Assembly: GCA_028534125.1 (NCBI GenBank)
Contig: CM052852.1
Location: 75,764,001-75,828,000 of the forward strand
Source: Lama glama
Taxonomy: Eukaryota
Reading direction: 5' to 3'
DNA length: 64,000 bases
In this document: one piece after another, positions 23,190 through 36,609 of the stretch
How the letters are laid out: each line of letters starts with the position of its first letter
How positions within the stretch are numbered: position 1 is the first letter of the stretch
Program-made: the position numbers and the translations under genes
The notes under the pieces: model-generated
What the model saw: the letters and a program-made list of their open reading frames with translations, nothing else
Database searches by the model: none
Told to the model about the DNA's origin: nothing

Positions 23190-24620
23190 AGTATAGAAAG
23201 ACAGAGATGATAAATATGAAAGAAGTTAAAAGTGAAATAAGATAGTATGAGAGTCCAATATACATCTTATTGGAATTTCAGAAAGAGCAAATTGAAAAAG
23301 AATAGTTGAAGAGATGATGGCTGCAAATATCTGAATCCACAGATAATAGGAAACACAATGCAAACCAGGCAGAATAACGAAAAAGAACTTCACACCTAGA
23401 CACACTGTGAAATGCAGACTACCAGAGATGAACAGACCTTAAAAATAGCCAGGGGCATTTTTCTCAAAGAAATGAAAATTTATGTTCACACAAAAGCCTG
23501 TTACTGGATATTCACAGCAGCTTTTTGGCAAAATATGGTACTGGCCAGATGTCTTTCAATGGGAGAATGGTGAAACAAAGTATTATATGTGCATACCATA
23601 GAATACTACCAACCAATAAAAAGGAACAAACTATTGATACACACAACTTGGATGAATTTCCAGAGAATTATGTTGAGTAATAAAAGCCAGTCTCCAAAAG
23701 TTACATACTATATGATTACATTCATATAACATCCTTGAAATGACAGCATTATAAAAATGGGGAACAGATTGGTGGTTTCCAAAGATTAGAGATGGGGGAG
23801 GGGGTAAGAGGGAGGTGGGTGAAGTTATAAAAGGGCAACATGAAGGATCCTTGTGGTGTTGGAACTACTTATTATCTTGACTGTGGTGGTGGATACACAA
23901 ACCTATACAGGTGATAAAATTGCACAGAACTTAATATAAACTTACATCACAGACATATACACAAAAAATGAATGTGAGTAAAATTGGGGAAATCTGAATA
24001 AGATCAGTGGATATTAGTATCCTAGTTGTGATACCATATTATTATTTTTGCAAAATGTTACCATTGGGAAATTTGACAAAGTATAAAGTGTATGACTTTG
24101 TATTATCTTTTTACAACTGTATGTAAATCTAAAATTATATCAATACAATTTTTAATTTTAAAAAAGTAGCCAGAGAGAAAATACAGATCCTCAACAAAGG
24201 AAAAACAGACTGTCAGCAGACTTCTCAATAGCAGCAATGAAAATCAGAAGACAGTACAATGCTGTCCTCAAAGGTTCTACAAAAGTCTGTCAATCCTGAA
24301 TTGATATCCAGGAAATTTTTTCTTTTGTGCACAATGGTGAAATAAAGGTATTTTCAGACAAGCAAACACTTAGGGAGTTTGTAAAGGATGTACTTTAAAA
24401 AAAAGTGATATCAGAAAGATGATCTAAATCACAAAAAGAAATAGTGAGAAAGAGTTGATGATCATGTGGGTAAATCCGAACAAACAAGGCAAAGCAATAA
24501 TGTATGACTGGTATTTTAAAAAAATAATACAATGAAAATACTAAGCAATAATTGTATGAAAATAAGTAGAGGTTTAGCAAGGTTTCTGGATACAAAATCA
24601 ATATACAAAAGTCATTTGTT
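23190..24620 (+). mobile_element. Old L1 ORF1/ORF2 remnant interrupted by an L1MC/MD-type 3' end (~23453-24165)
   Basis: ORF1-like 'cacacctagacac', 'cagactgtcagcagacttctcaatagcagcaatg'; insert flanked by aaaa(a/g)tagccag at ~23441 and ~24161. Confidence 0.7.
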
Positions 24621-26200
24621 TTACTCTACTTTCACTAAATAAATAAATTCCTCAAGTACGGGGGCAGAGCAGAAATCCAAAATAGAATAAAAACAGAAAC
24701 AAATGAACCTAATAGTATTTTAAATAAATAACACAACCACTTTAGGGTTTGGGAGTGGAGTGAGAACTAACCCAAGAAACTTTTGAACACAATATTTTGA
24801 CTCTATACCCTAGGCTTAAAAACAAAATAAGTATAAACAAATAGTGTACTCTAGGTAGTGGGTATGTTTTTGGCAGTGGTATAGATTCAAAATTCTGAAG
24901 CTGCTTTACGTGTGTTGTCTCCCTCCTTCACTATCCATCCTAAATTCCTCTCACCCTCAGATATCACCTCTGCTAGTCCTGGTGGCTTACTTTGCGATGT
25001 CAGTAAAACCCTCAATGCTGTGAAACCTGAGACCCTGGCAACCATACACACCTTGGTTTGGAGTTGCTGCACTTGTCCATTCACAATTAAAATAGAGCAA
25101 GGCAATGGAGTATCAAGAGTTGTCCAAATGGATTACATAAGCTCCATTCATATTTCATCCTGTTCCCATTTTGTAACAGCAGCCCACTGGGACTTGCCAT
25201 AAACTCTACAAATTTCTCACCCCTTATTCTTCCCACTCCATAGGATCTGCTGCAAAGAGCCCTTTCTTGCTCTGTGACTTACTCAAAGGTGGTAGACTTC
25301 CATGTATATGACTGGATCAGTGTTTTCAAGTATGGAATTATTTCCTCAAAAACCGAAATAGTTCTTCCTGGTACAGTGCGTTTCTTCTTTGTGGCAGGGA
25401 TCACAAGATGCTACAATTTGTGTTTTACTTTGGCAAGGATTTCTCCACATGCTCCTGACCCCTGGATCCTTAAGCATTTCATTAAATCTTTTTTTTTCGC
25501 CCTCGTGAAACACTTCATTAAATCTTCATAGGCTTTATCTCCTCCACTCTGGAGCACATGTGTCTTACCAAGGCCTCCAGAGAACTAGCCATCACTTGCT
25601 CATCCTGCTCAATCAGCACAATGAGATCATCGATGTAGTGGATAAATGGGATATTTTTGTGGATGTTCCTAGAGGCCAGATCTCTTTGAATTATATTATG
25701 ACAGAAGGCAGGAAAAAATAACAAATCCCTGGACAAAACTATAAATGAATATTGTTCTGCATTCTGCATAAATGTGAACTCTTTCTGATCCTCTCTCTTG
25801 TTTGGAATAGCAAAGAACATATTTGCCAAATCAATAGCCATACATCATGTACCCAAAGCCAAATTAATCTGCTCTAGTAAAGATACCATGACCAGCATAG
25901 AGGTTGTGATTGGCTACTAATTGCTTAAACTTGTGGTCATCTCCAGCAATTTTTCAAGTTCTATTCAATTTTTGCAGGGTCTATACTGGTGTATGTATGA
26001 AATGGGGAACACCATCGTTTCACCCTTGAGATCCTTAGAGTAGCACCAATCTCTGCCTGGGGCAGGGGGTGGAGTATTGATTTTTATTTACTATCTTGGC
26101 TGTCAGCTGCAGTTTTAGAACCTTTGACTTGCCTTTCCACTATTGTAGCTTTTATGCCCCAGGACAAAAGACCCAATGTGGAGGTTACTCCAGTTGCCAA

Positions 26201-27802
26201 CCCTCATGACCTAAGCACCTCCCAAAGGCCTCACCATCACCTTTGGGGGTTAGGACTTCAACATATGAATTTTGCAGGAACACAAACATTCAGAATATGG
26301 CATTCCACCGCAGCCCTCCAAAATTAATGTCTTTCTTGCATGCAAATACATTCATTCCATCCCAAAAGACAACTCATTTCAGCATCAACTTAAAAGTATA
26401 AAGTCCAAAGTCTCATTTAAATAGCATCTAAATTGGATGAAACTCAAGGTATGATTCATTCTGAAACACATTCCCTTCCAGCTGTGAACTTGTGGAATCA
26501 AACAAGTTATGAGCTTCCAAAACGCAATGGTGGGACCAGCATAGAGCAGACATTCCCATTCCAAAAGGGAGAAACAGGAAAGGAAGGGGTGGCAGGTCCC
26601 AAGCGAGTCAAACTCCAAGACAAACAATATTAAATCTTAAGGCTTGAGAATAATCTTTAACTTAACGCTTCACCCTCTAGGGCAGAGGTCCCACCTTCTA
26701 GACACACTGGGACAGGGACTCTGCCTTCAGGACACACTGGGGTGCTCAGCTCCCATGGCTTTGCTGGATGCAGGTCATGTGGCAGCTCTCTCAGGCTGGA
26801 ATCACATGCTGGTGGCTCTACCAGTCTGGGTCTTAGGGGGGACTCAGCTCCCAACAACTCCACTGGGCAGAAGTCCAGCATCCATAACTTTGAGTGGGAG
26901 TCATCTGGTCTGTTGAAACCCAGGAGATGCCCCCCACCTTTGGAACCAAGGAGGCAGCCATGATAGTCTCTGAATTGCCTTTGGGTCCTTCGTCCCTTGT
27001 CTTGAAGAATATTGCACTTTCACAGATGAATAACTCTATGGTCTTGTCCTATAAAATCTAAGAACTTTTCTCTCATTCCTTCCCATCTCCTCCTTCAGTT
27101 CAAATAGACTGTTTTCCTGCTGGGGTGGCTGATTAAGTTCACAGCTTACACCCTACTAATCTTATCAAAGCATCCCTTGGTCATGCTATTAGTGTTCTCA
27201 TATGAACATTCTTTCTCATTTTTTCACCATATGGATAGGCTGAGAATTTTCCAAAACTTTAATTTGTTTTCCTTTTGATTAACAATTCTGTCTTTAAGCC
27301 ATTGCTCTCATCTCATTTTACTATGAGCATTCAAGAGAAGCCAAGCTGCTCCTTCAACACTTCGCTTAAAAATAGTTTCAGCCAAATATCCAATTTTATC
27401 GCTCACAAATTCTGTCTTCTGCAAAACACTAGGACATGAACACAATTCAGCCAAGCCCTTTGCCACTTTATAACAAGTTCCCCCTAGTTTCCAATAAGAT
27501 GTTCCACATTTCCATTGAGAATTTATCAGAATGACCTTTACTGTCCATTCTGTGACATACTGTAACCATTCTGTTTATGACCACTTAGCTATTCTCTAAG
27601 AAGACTGACGCTGTCTCTACAGCTCTTTTCTTCTGAGCCATCACCCAAATGGCCTTTAACGGTCTGTTCATGGCATTGTAGGCTTTTTCTAGCAGGTACC
27701 TCCAAATTCTTCCAGCCTCTATCCATTACCCAGTTCCAAAGCTGCTTTCAGTTTCTTCGGTATTTGATACAGCAGCACTACTCTGCTCACAGCAGCAAAA
27801 TC
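26201..27802 (-). mobile_element. MaLR: partial MLT1A/MST-type LTR (26201-26302) plus MaLR internal (26303-27802)
   Basis: LTR start (revcomp) TGCCATATTCTGAATGTTTGTGTTCC...; internal motifs 'cattacccagttccaaagctgcttt', 'gacattcccattccaaaagggagaaa'. Confidence 0.75.
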
Positions 27803-28333
27803 TGTATTAGTAAGAACTCTCCAGAGAAATATAATCAATAGCATATACATAGATATGTAAGAGGGGATTCATAGGAATTGGCTCACGTGGTTATGGAGGC
27901 CAAGAAGTCCCATGATCTGCTGTCTGTAAGCTGGCGACTGGGAAAGTTGGTGATATCATTTCTTCTGAGTCCAAAGGCCTGAGAACCAGGAGTTCTGATA
28001 TCCGAGGACTGGAAAAATGAACATTCTAGCTCAAGAAGAGAGAAAGGAAATTCGCCCTTTCTTCACCGTTTTGTTCTTTTTGGACCCTCAACAGATTAGA
28101 TGATGCTTGTCCACGTCGATGAGTGAGGGTGGACCTCTTGTCCACACTGATGAGTGAGGGTGGACCTCTTGTCCACACTGATGAGTGAGGGTGGACCTCT
28201 GTATCAGTCTCCTGAATTAAATGCTATTCTCTTCCAAAAAACACTTGCACAGACACACGCAGAAATCATGTTTTATCAGCTATCTGAGCATCCCTTAGCC
28301 CAGTCAGGTGGACACATAAAATGAACTATTACA
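27803..28333 (-). mobile_element. MLT2B-like LTR (ERVL)
   Basis: 'tgtattagt...ctccagagaa...ggaattggctcacgtggttatggaggccaagaagtcccatgatctgc...gacacataaaatgaactattaca'. Confidence 0.82.
28106..28200. repeat. 31-bp minisatellite, 3 copies, inside the MLT2 LTR
   Basis: cttgtccacactgatgagtgagggtggacct x3; copies 2 and 3 are identical, copy 1 has 3 substitutions. Confidence 0.95.
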
Positions 28334-28726
28334 AGTATTAAATCTTATACCCCAAGAGAGTATCCTCAAATCAATAAATTCTCTCTTATCCAGTTTTATG
28401 ACATAGCCCCCTTGATTGAGCACCCTCAAAATCAAGTCCCATGAATACTCTTCTGACTCCAGCCAACACATTCTAGCTAATTTGTGCATATCCCTTGGGA
28501 TACAGGCCCTGTCCTCCCCCATCAGGCCCATGATGTTCTTAGATGGGTTATGCTGCCATGACTGCAGGAGAACAGGTGGGTAGATCTTGAGGGGGTCTCC
28601 TACTGCCTTGAGGGAGAGAGGCCTCTGCAGTGTCTTCCCACATGGGGAGGGGGGCTGGTGCATTATTTCTTAATAAGAAGGGATGGGCCACCTGTGCCGG
28701 TACTGAGGGTGCAGAGGGGGCTGGGG

Positions 28727-28862
28727 TAGTGCTGTCAGATAATTGATAGGATGCCCAGTTAAATTAGAATTTCAGATAAACAAATACAATTTTAGCATAA
28801 TTATGTCCCATGTGATATTTTAATTTTTGTTATATTTTTATTTGCTAAATCTGGCAGTGCTA
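28727..28862. mobile_element. MER53-like hAT MITE, internally deleted
   Basis: TIRs tagtgctgtcagat / atctggcagtgcta; core 'gcccagttaaattagaatttcagataaac'; degenerate 8-bp TSD ggctgggg/gctcgggg. Confidence 0.75.
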
Positions 28863-28873
28863 GCTCGGGGAGC

Positions 28874-29224
28874 TGCTATGATCTAAATGTTTGTGTCCCT
28901 CCCAAATTTATTTGTTGNNNNNNNNNNNNNNNNNNNNNNNNNNNNNNNNNNNNNNNNNNNNNNNNNNNNNNNNNNNNNNNNNNNNNNNNNNNNNNNNNNN
29001 NNNNNNNNNNNNNNNNNNNNNNNNNNNNNNNNNNNNNNNNNNNNNNNNNNNNNNNNNNNNNNNNNNNNNNNNNNNNNNNNNNNNNNNNNGAGGACCCTCA
29101 CCCAACCAGGCTGGCATGCTGACCTCAGGCTTCCAGCCTCCAGAACTGTGAATGGTAAATTTCTGTTGTTTATAAGTCACCCAATCTGTGGCATTTTGTT
29201 ATAGTAACTGGAATGGACTAAGAA
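28874..29224 (+). mobile_element. MLT1A-like solo LTR (spans N gap)
   Basis: 'tgctatgatctaaatgtttgtgtccctcccaaatt...cttccagcctccagaactgtga...ttctgttgtttataag...ggactaaga'. Confidence 0.8.
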
Positions 29225-30175
29225 GCCAAAATGTTCAGGGTCATTCAACCACATGTGCCCCAAGTTTTCCCAACCAAGGCTCTGACTTTAGCATAACAAA
29301 CTTGCCTCTACCAAATATTGGCATCTTCAAAGCTCCTCTACTCTTTAAAATCCTGAGTTTGGTCTTCAGATTTTTTTGTGTTCTTCCCTTGCAGAAGATA
29401 AGAGCTTTGGTGTAAGTTACCAAAGAGACACTCTATATTTCACAGTATTTGACTATTCATTAACAGCCCTCACCTTTTCATTATCCTTCTGTAGGTATCA
29501 ATACAACTAAATAACAGCTGATAAATTTCATTGTCTTTGTATGATTCCCTCTTCTCCACGCCCCCAGCCCCCATTTCCCAGAAGCCTGAATCATTGCATG
29601 GACAAAGCATTCCCTTTCATAGAACATTTCTCCAAGACACTACTTGTGAAAGTTTCAGCAAGTGCGCCACCATCTGGTGCCTGGGACAATACATACCACA
29701 CTTACCACTAGGGATGGGGTCTGCCTTGACAGCCTGGTGGTGAGTAATACCATCTCCCAAACTCCATTTTACTGCCTAATTTCTTGGATCACTTCTGGTA
29801 GCAGATGTATTAGTTTAGGTCCTCTGGTAAGGAGACACCTAAATGGAGTACAAAGCACAAGAGGTTTATTGGAGGGTAACGTGGGAAAGGAAGGGAAAGC
29901 AGGATTGGGCATTGAGAACCTTAAATTGTGAAAATTTTGGCATCCTGAATGAAGAGTTCATTAGAGAAATTCCTCATTGGGCAGAAAGGATCAGACCTTA
30001 GCTTTGTACACCTCCCATGCTCAGTCATTGACTAGGGGCTGTGTGGGAAGAGCTTGACTTTTGCTTAAATACTTCAGCGATCTCAAAGGTGATGCACCGG
30101 AGGCTGACAGCTAAATGCACTCCTTGCAGCTGAATGGCAAAATCTTCTTGAAAGAATAACCAAGAGGCATAGATG

Positions 30176-33100
30176 GTTCTTTTAAAAAATGATGCTGGGA
30201 CAACTGGGTACACACATAGAAAAAGGAAATAAATTGGACCCTTACTTCAATTAATACCCCAAAATCAGTACAAACAGGTTATACATCTAAGTTTGAGGGG
30301 CAAAATTATGCTTTTAAAAGGTAAATGATTATGTTCACAACCTTGGGATAGTGAAGAATCTCTTGAATAGTACACAAAACTATTAACCATAAAGAAAAAA
30401 ACTGATAACTTTGACTCCATTAAAATTAAACAGTTCATTAAAATATACCATTAAGAGAATTAAAAATTGATCCATACAGTAGAGGAAGATATTTGCAATA
30501 TATATGTAGCAAATAAAGTTCTAGGACCTGGGACATGTACAGAATTGCTGGAAAATTATAATAAAAAATTTTTAAATGGGCAAAATGTCATAAACAGTAA
30601 CTTCACAAAAATGGAAATCCACATGGCCAATAAACATATGAAAATGTCCTCAATTTTACAGAGAAATGAAAATTAAAACCATTATGCAATATCACCACAC
30701 ATCTACCAGAATAGCTAAGTTTTTTTATTAATCCTTACAATATCAATTTTTGGCAGAGATGTGGAACAGGAACTCTGACATACTGCTGGTGGAGATGTAA
30801 TGTGATTTAGCCATTTTGAAAAAGTTTGGCATCATCTAGATTTGAAATTAATGCATTTTCTGTGACCCAGCAATTCCACTTCTATATATACACACAACAG
30901 AAATTTGTATGTATGTTCATCAAAAGACATGTACAAGAATGTTCTTAGCAGCACTGTTGTAATAGCCCTTATACTTGAATAATCCAAAGTGTTGACCAGC
31001 AGTAGAGAAGATAAAAATTTGTGATATTTCCAAACAATGAAATACTATTCAGCAATGAAAATTAATGAACTATGGCTATATGTAAGATCACAAATGTACC
31101 CTACAAACATAATATTGATGGAAACAAGTCAGGAACAAATATTACATACTCTATGACCCCATGTATAGAAAGCTGAAAAACAGGAAAACTAAACTCCATT
31201 GTTTAGGAACTCATACATAGATAGTAGAACTATAAAGAAAAGAAAGGAATGATTAACAAAAGTCAACATATTGGTTATTTCTTCAAGAGGAAAAATGAGA
31301 GTGATCAAGAAGGGGCATATGAGAAGGCTTCTATTTTTTTTCCAATTTTTTATTATGGAAAATTTGACAGATACTGGAAAAGTTGGAAAAATAAAACAAT
31401 TAACACTTACGTACCCTCTAATTGGATGTAACAAATACTAACATCTTGGCATTTTGCTTTATATTTCTCCATGTATACATACATATATTTTAACAGCTTT
31501 ATTGAAATATAATTCATACACCATACAATTCACCCATTTGAAGTGTATGATTCGATGGTTTTTAATATAATCACAGCTATATGCAACCATCAGCATATTC
31601 GATTTTAGGACTTTTCATCACCTCAGATGTAAACGTCATAGTTTTAGCTATCCACTTCCCATCCCCCCATCCTCCCAGCCCTAAGCAAGCACTAGTATAC
31701 CTTCTGTCTCAGTAGATTTGTGTATTATGGACATTTCATATATACGGAATCATATGTTTTTTGTGATTGGCTTCCTTCATTTAACATAATGTTTAAAAGG
31801 TTCATACATGCCATGGCATGTGTCCGTACTTGTATTTGTCTGCTTGGTCTGCCATAACAGAACACTACAACCAGAGATGTTTAAACAACGCATTTATTTT
31901 CTCACAGTTCTGGAATCTGGAAGTCCAAGATCGAGGTGCCATCATGGTTGGTTTCTAGTGAGACTGCTCCTTGGGTTGCACACCGCCATGTTCTCAATGG
32001 CCTCATATGGCCTTTCCTCTGTGTGCCTGCAAAGAAGGAGATCTCTGGTATTTCATCCTCTTCTTATAAGCATCTGAGTCCTATGGGATTAAGACTCTAC
32101 CTTTAGTACCTCTTTTAACATTAATTATCTCCTTAAAAGCTCTACGTCCAAATTCATATACATTGGGGGTTAGGGCTTCAACATATACATTTGGGGGGAC
32201 ACAATTCAGTCTATAACAGCATTTCATTCCTATTTAGCCAAATAATATTCCATTGTCTAGCTATATCACATTTTGTATATCCATTCATCAGTTGATGGGC
32301 ATTGGGTTGTTAATACCTTTTACCTACTATGAATAATGCTGCTATACAACAAACCATTGTGTACAAATTTTTGTGTGAACATGTATGTACATTTCTCTTG
32401 TGTGNNNNNNNNNNNNNNNNNNNNNNNNNNNNNNNNNNNNNNNNNNNNNNNNNNNNNNNNNNNNNNNNNNNNNNNNNNNNNNNNNNNNNNNNNNNNNNNN
32501 NNNNNNNNNNNNNNNNNNNNNNNNNNNNNNNNNTCTTTGACACCACTTGTTATTATCTGACTTTTTATTATAGTCATTTTAGTGGGTGTGAATGGCATCT
32601 CACTGTGGTTTTAATTTGCATTTCTGTGATCAGTCNNNNNNNNNNNNNNNNNNNNNNNNNNNNNNNNNNNNNNNNNNNNNNNNNNNNNNNNNNNNNNNNN
32701 NNNNNNNNNNNNNNNNNNNNNNNNNNNNNNNNNNNNNNNNNNNNNNNNNNNNNNNNNNNNNNNNNNNNNNNNNNNNNNNNNNNNNNNNNTTCTTGCATTT
32801 CCTGTTTTTATCTTGTTTTGTATTTCCTTTGAGTTCATTGAGCTTCGTGGATGTGTAGACAAATGTTTTTCAATATATTTGTGAAGATTGCAGCTATTAT
32901 TTCTTCAAATACTTCTTTTCTGCTCCCTTCTCTCTTCTGCCTCTAGAAGCATAATAGTCAGAGGAATAGGGGGCAGTAACCTCAAGTTTTCAAGGCTTGC
33001 TTCTCCCAGCAGAGAACCACCACCTTACAAGCCAGAGCAAGGGTGATCGGTGCCCGAATATTCTCAGCAGTGCCATGCCCAAGGTAGAGCCTCCATCCCA

Positions 33101-34620
33101 CAAGTGGGGGCTGCACAGAAAAAGGAAACCTGCACCTCTTGGCCACACTCACTGGATCTTAGCCTCAGCAACAGATAGCTAAGGGCCAGATGAGAAAAGC
33201 TCACATCTTGCACTTCCTGAGAAGTCAGCCCTCCAACTGGGAGCTCAGGGAAGGTGGAGACCTGTGTTCTTATTTGCATCAGTCTGGAGAGGAGTTTTCT
33301 TCTTGCAGAGCTAGGAAAGAGGGAGGAAGGGAATGGGTCTTGGTTCAAATACCACATCGTCCCCATGTTCTAATCAAATTTTAGTAGACTTTCTTGAGTA
33401 GATGTTTCTTCATTTTTTGTATGTCCTTAGGATCATTTCCAGAGATTTTTAATGGTTGTATGTATTTTTTCACAATTTCCACCAATTTCACTGAAGAGCT
33501 GGTCCACAGAGCTCCTCACATCATCATGCCAGCAATGGAACTCCCATATATATCCATGTATATTTTTGCTGAGCTGTATAAAAATAAGTTGCAGACATTA
33601 GGAAACATCCCTAAATACTTCAGCATTAATCTCCCCCAAATAAGGACATACTCCTATAGAACCTCAATACCTTTATCATTCTTGAATAAATTAACATAAT
33701 TCTATAGTATCATCTAATAAACAGTCCATATTCAAACTTCTCCAAGAATGTCTTTTATGGGTCTTTTTGGGGGGTGGGGGTAGGGAACCAATAACCAAAC
33801 AAGGTCCACATATTACATTTGGTTACTTTGTCTCTTTAGGTTTCTTTAACCTAAAACAGACCTTACCCTTTTTCTTTTCATGTTATTTATATTTTAAAGA
33901 GTCCAGAATAGTTGTTTTTACAAGGCCACATGGGAGGAAGATTATTTCTTGAGTGCTGTCAATCTTCTATTTCTTGCCCAGGGTAGTGAGTTCCCTATGG
34001 TTTTAGCTTTTAATTTTTTTCATTAGGCCACACAATATTTTATGCATCAAATTTGTGTGTAATCAGTACAAATAAGAAATGAGCTATCAAGCCATGAAAA
34101 AATGTGGAGAAACTTAAATGCATATGCTTAGTGAGATAAGTCAATCTGAAAAGACTACACACTGTTATGATTCCAATTATATAACATTATGGAAAAGTTA
34201 AAACTGGAGATAGTGAAAAGGTCAGTGGTTGCTAAGGGTTAGTGGGGAGGGAGGGATGACTAGATGGAGGACAGAGGATTTTTAGGGCAGTAAAGCTATT
34301 CTGTATGATACTATAATGGTGGATACATGCCATTATATACTTGTCAAAATGCATAGCATGTACAACACCAAGAGGGAACCCTAATGTAAACTGAGGACTT
34401 TGGGTGATTATATGTGTCAGTGTAGGTTCACTGATTGTAACAAATGTCCTGCTCTGGTATGGGATGTTGATTGTAGGGGGAGNNNNNNNNNNNNNNNNNN
34501 NNNNNNNNNNNNNNNNNNNNNNNNNNNNNNNNNNNNNNNNNNNNNNNNNNNNNNNNNNNNNNNNNNNNNNNNNNNNNNNNNNNNNNNNNNNNNNNNNNNN
34601 NNNNNNNNNNNNNNNNNGAG
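30176..34620. mobile_element. Nested old L1 3' ends (+ strand L1ME-like 30176-31330 resuming ~33930; - strand L1MC/L1MB pieces 31335-33925; + strand L1MC-like 34070-34620)
   Basis: ORF2-end motifs 'atggccaataaacatatgaaaa', 'gacccagcaattccactt'; antisense 'ttattgaaatataattcatacaccatacaattcaccc'; 'gatactataatggtggatacatgccattata'. Confidence 0.7.
31820..32221 (-). mobile_element. MLT1A-like solo LTR inside L1MB fragment
   Basis: 'atttattttctcacagttctggaatctggaagtccaagatcgaggtg...gggggttagggcttcaacatatacatttggggggacacaattcagtctataaca'. Confidence 0.8.
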
Positions 34621-36609
34621 TAAAAGTCTGGAGAGAAGTGATTACAGTTATAGTGCTCTAAATTTCTCACATTTTTTAGGAGGTGTGTAAGTATATTAAC
34701 TTTAGACTTAAGTACAGTGGGCTATCAAAGTCAAAATTCTATGCTTTTCTTATTACACCATCCCCCTCTCTAGAATCAAGTTAGGAATTATTGACTTTCC
34801 AAGGTCTCCTAGGTCCAGTCCTGATAAGTGAACAGCCAGATTTAGTGCCTGGGCTAATTTTTTGCAATTGTCATAGCTTCTTCTTCTCTACTGCTCACAA
34901 GCATTCAAAAATTCCTTCCAATCTCGTTTCTCCAAAGAGCTGGCTCCTCCCCTTGACTTCCAAGTTACAATAGCTGAGAGGTAACAACCTCCTCCCTCAA
35001 GCCCTCCCCTGAAGTTAACCACCCCTTGCCCCCTGCCCTGGGCAGAAACAGTGACGGAAGTCTTGGCATACCGCTTGGAAAGGTCCCTGACTCATGATCA
35101 AGGGGATTAGACTAAGAGGCCGAGCTAATGATTAAAGAGAGAGTTAGGGATAATGTTTCCTTGCTTCTATTTCTAGCAGTACTGTACTAGCATGGGATTG
35201 GTTCACATTAACACCTGACTTTCTATCTGTGAAACCAGGGAGACCAGTCTGTTTGGGCTAACAAAATACTTGGGGAAAAAATGTTTTTGTTGATACCATA
35301 AGAGTGACTGACCAGAGAAGTCTGGGAATTTTTATAAATAAAATAACCATGAATATGCTTGTAAACACCATGCCATTCCACAGCATCATTCCTTTTTTTA
35401 GCTTTTTTTTTTTTTAAGAACAGACCGTGTCACTGAACAGATGCAGGCTTTGCTGGGAAGGGAAAGAGTGGAAGTGGGTTACAAGAGAAGTGTGAGGGAC
35501 AAGGCTTGCCTTCAAGGTTCTTGCAATCCCATTGGAGAGAAAAAATATTCAGCTAGGAGAAGGAAGAGAAAATATCTCACTGGTTTAGAGTGCATGATCA
35601 TTTCTTTATATGCCAGAGGTGACGCTGACCTTTGAATAAAGGGAGGAAGGTTTGTGCAGCTAATTGATTGTGAAAAATAAGGGCACTGTGTAGGTTCCTT
35701 AAGAGTGAAGGCCAACAGATTTGCTTTCAAAAACACCTTTCATAGCTGTATTTTCTCTTAAAGAATGTCTGATAATGTCAACTGGGATCTGTTCTTTCAG
35801 GTCCTCGGTGGATTCTAGAAGCCTTATATTCATGACTCTCCTTTCTGTCACCAGTGTTGCTGCCTGTCTTGAAAAGTAATAGGACTCCACTCCTTGGACA
35901 GTGTTCTACATACTAGCTGGTCCGCAAGTTTAGATTGACCTTTTACCTAGTTAGAGCCCAGGATTAAAGTCTGACTCCATCAAGGAAAAGTGGTAAAAGA
36001 TATGATTCTATGTGGACCGTGTCTCTCAGTGAGGCAGTGCAGATCAAATAATGCGGATAATGCTCTCTTCCATATGTTATGCTTTCCTGGTGATCAATAA
36101 TTTCTGATTTACTTGTTTAATGGCTACCCCCGCAACTAAAGGGCCTGCTCCATGAAGCTGCTGACCATGTCTCTTTCATTCTCTGCTGTATTGCCAGCAC
36201 CCAGCACAGTATCTGACACAGAGTCACCATCCTACAAATATCTGTTAAATAAAGAATTAATCAGTTAAGTGGGAATTAAATCCTGACAGGGCATGAATGG
36301 AAACTAGCAAATGAGGGAGAAAAAATGGTGAGAAACAAACTGAGGTCTTCGTTGGGAGCCATGAAATGACTGCAGGAACAGAACAGGAAGTGCAGAATAG
36401 GAGAGCCTTCTAGTGACAGTGGTGAGAAAGTGAGGGTGAGAATAATGAAACTAACATTGGTTGAGCATCTTCTAGGTGTATGGTGCTTTAACATGTATGA
36501 ACTCATTTAATCTTCACAACTCCATGAGATAGGTACTATTACAATACACATTTTACAGATGAAGAAAAAGAGATTGATTCAAAGAGACTGCATAACTTGC
36601 TCATGATCA

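Larger units (their letters stand above)
24910..30175 (-). mobile_element. Ancient ERVL provirus remnant (ERV3-16A3/LTR16-like), 5' LTR ~29806-30175, with nested insertions
   Basis: RT ORF 25518..25841 (AIDLANMFFAIP...HYIDDL); gag remnant 28334-28663 (YSWDLILRVLNQGGYVIKLDKREFID); Leu-type PBS TGCTACCAGAAGTGAT next to an LTR16-like LTR. Confidence 0.85.

Noticed and set aside
28106-28200. CRISPR-like array or hammerhead ribozyme (palindromic 31-mers containing CTGATGAG)
   Set aside because: Units are head-to-tail with no spacers, there are no cas genes and the context is a mammalian LTR; the hammerhead GAAA/stem III elements are absent
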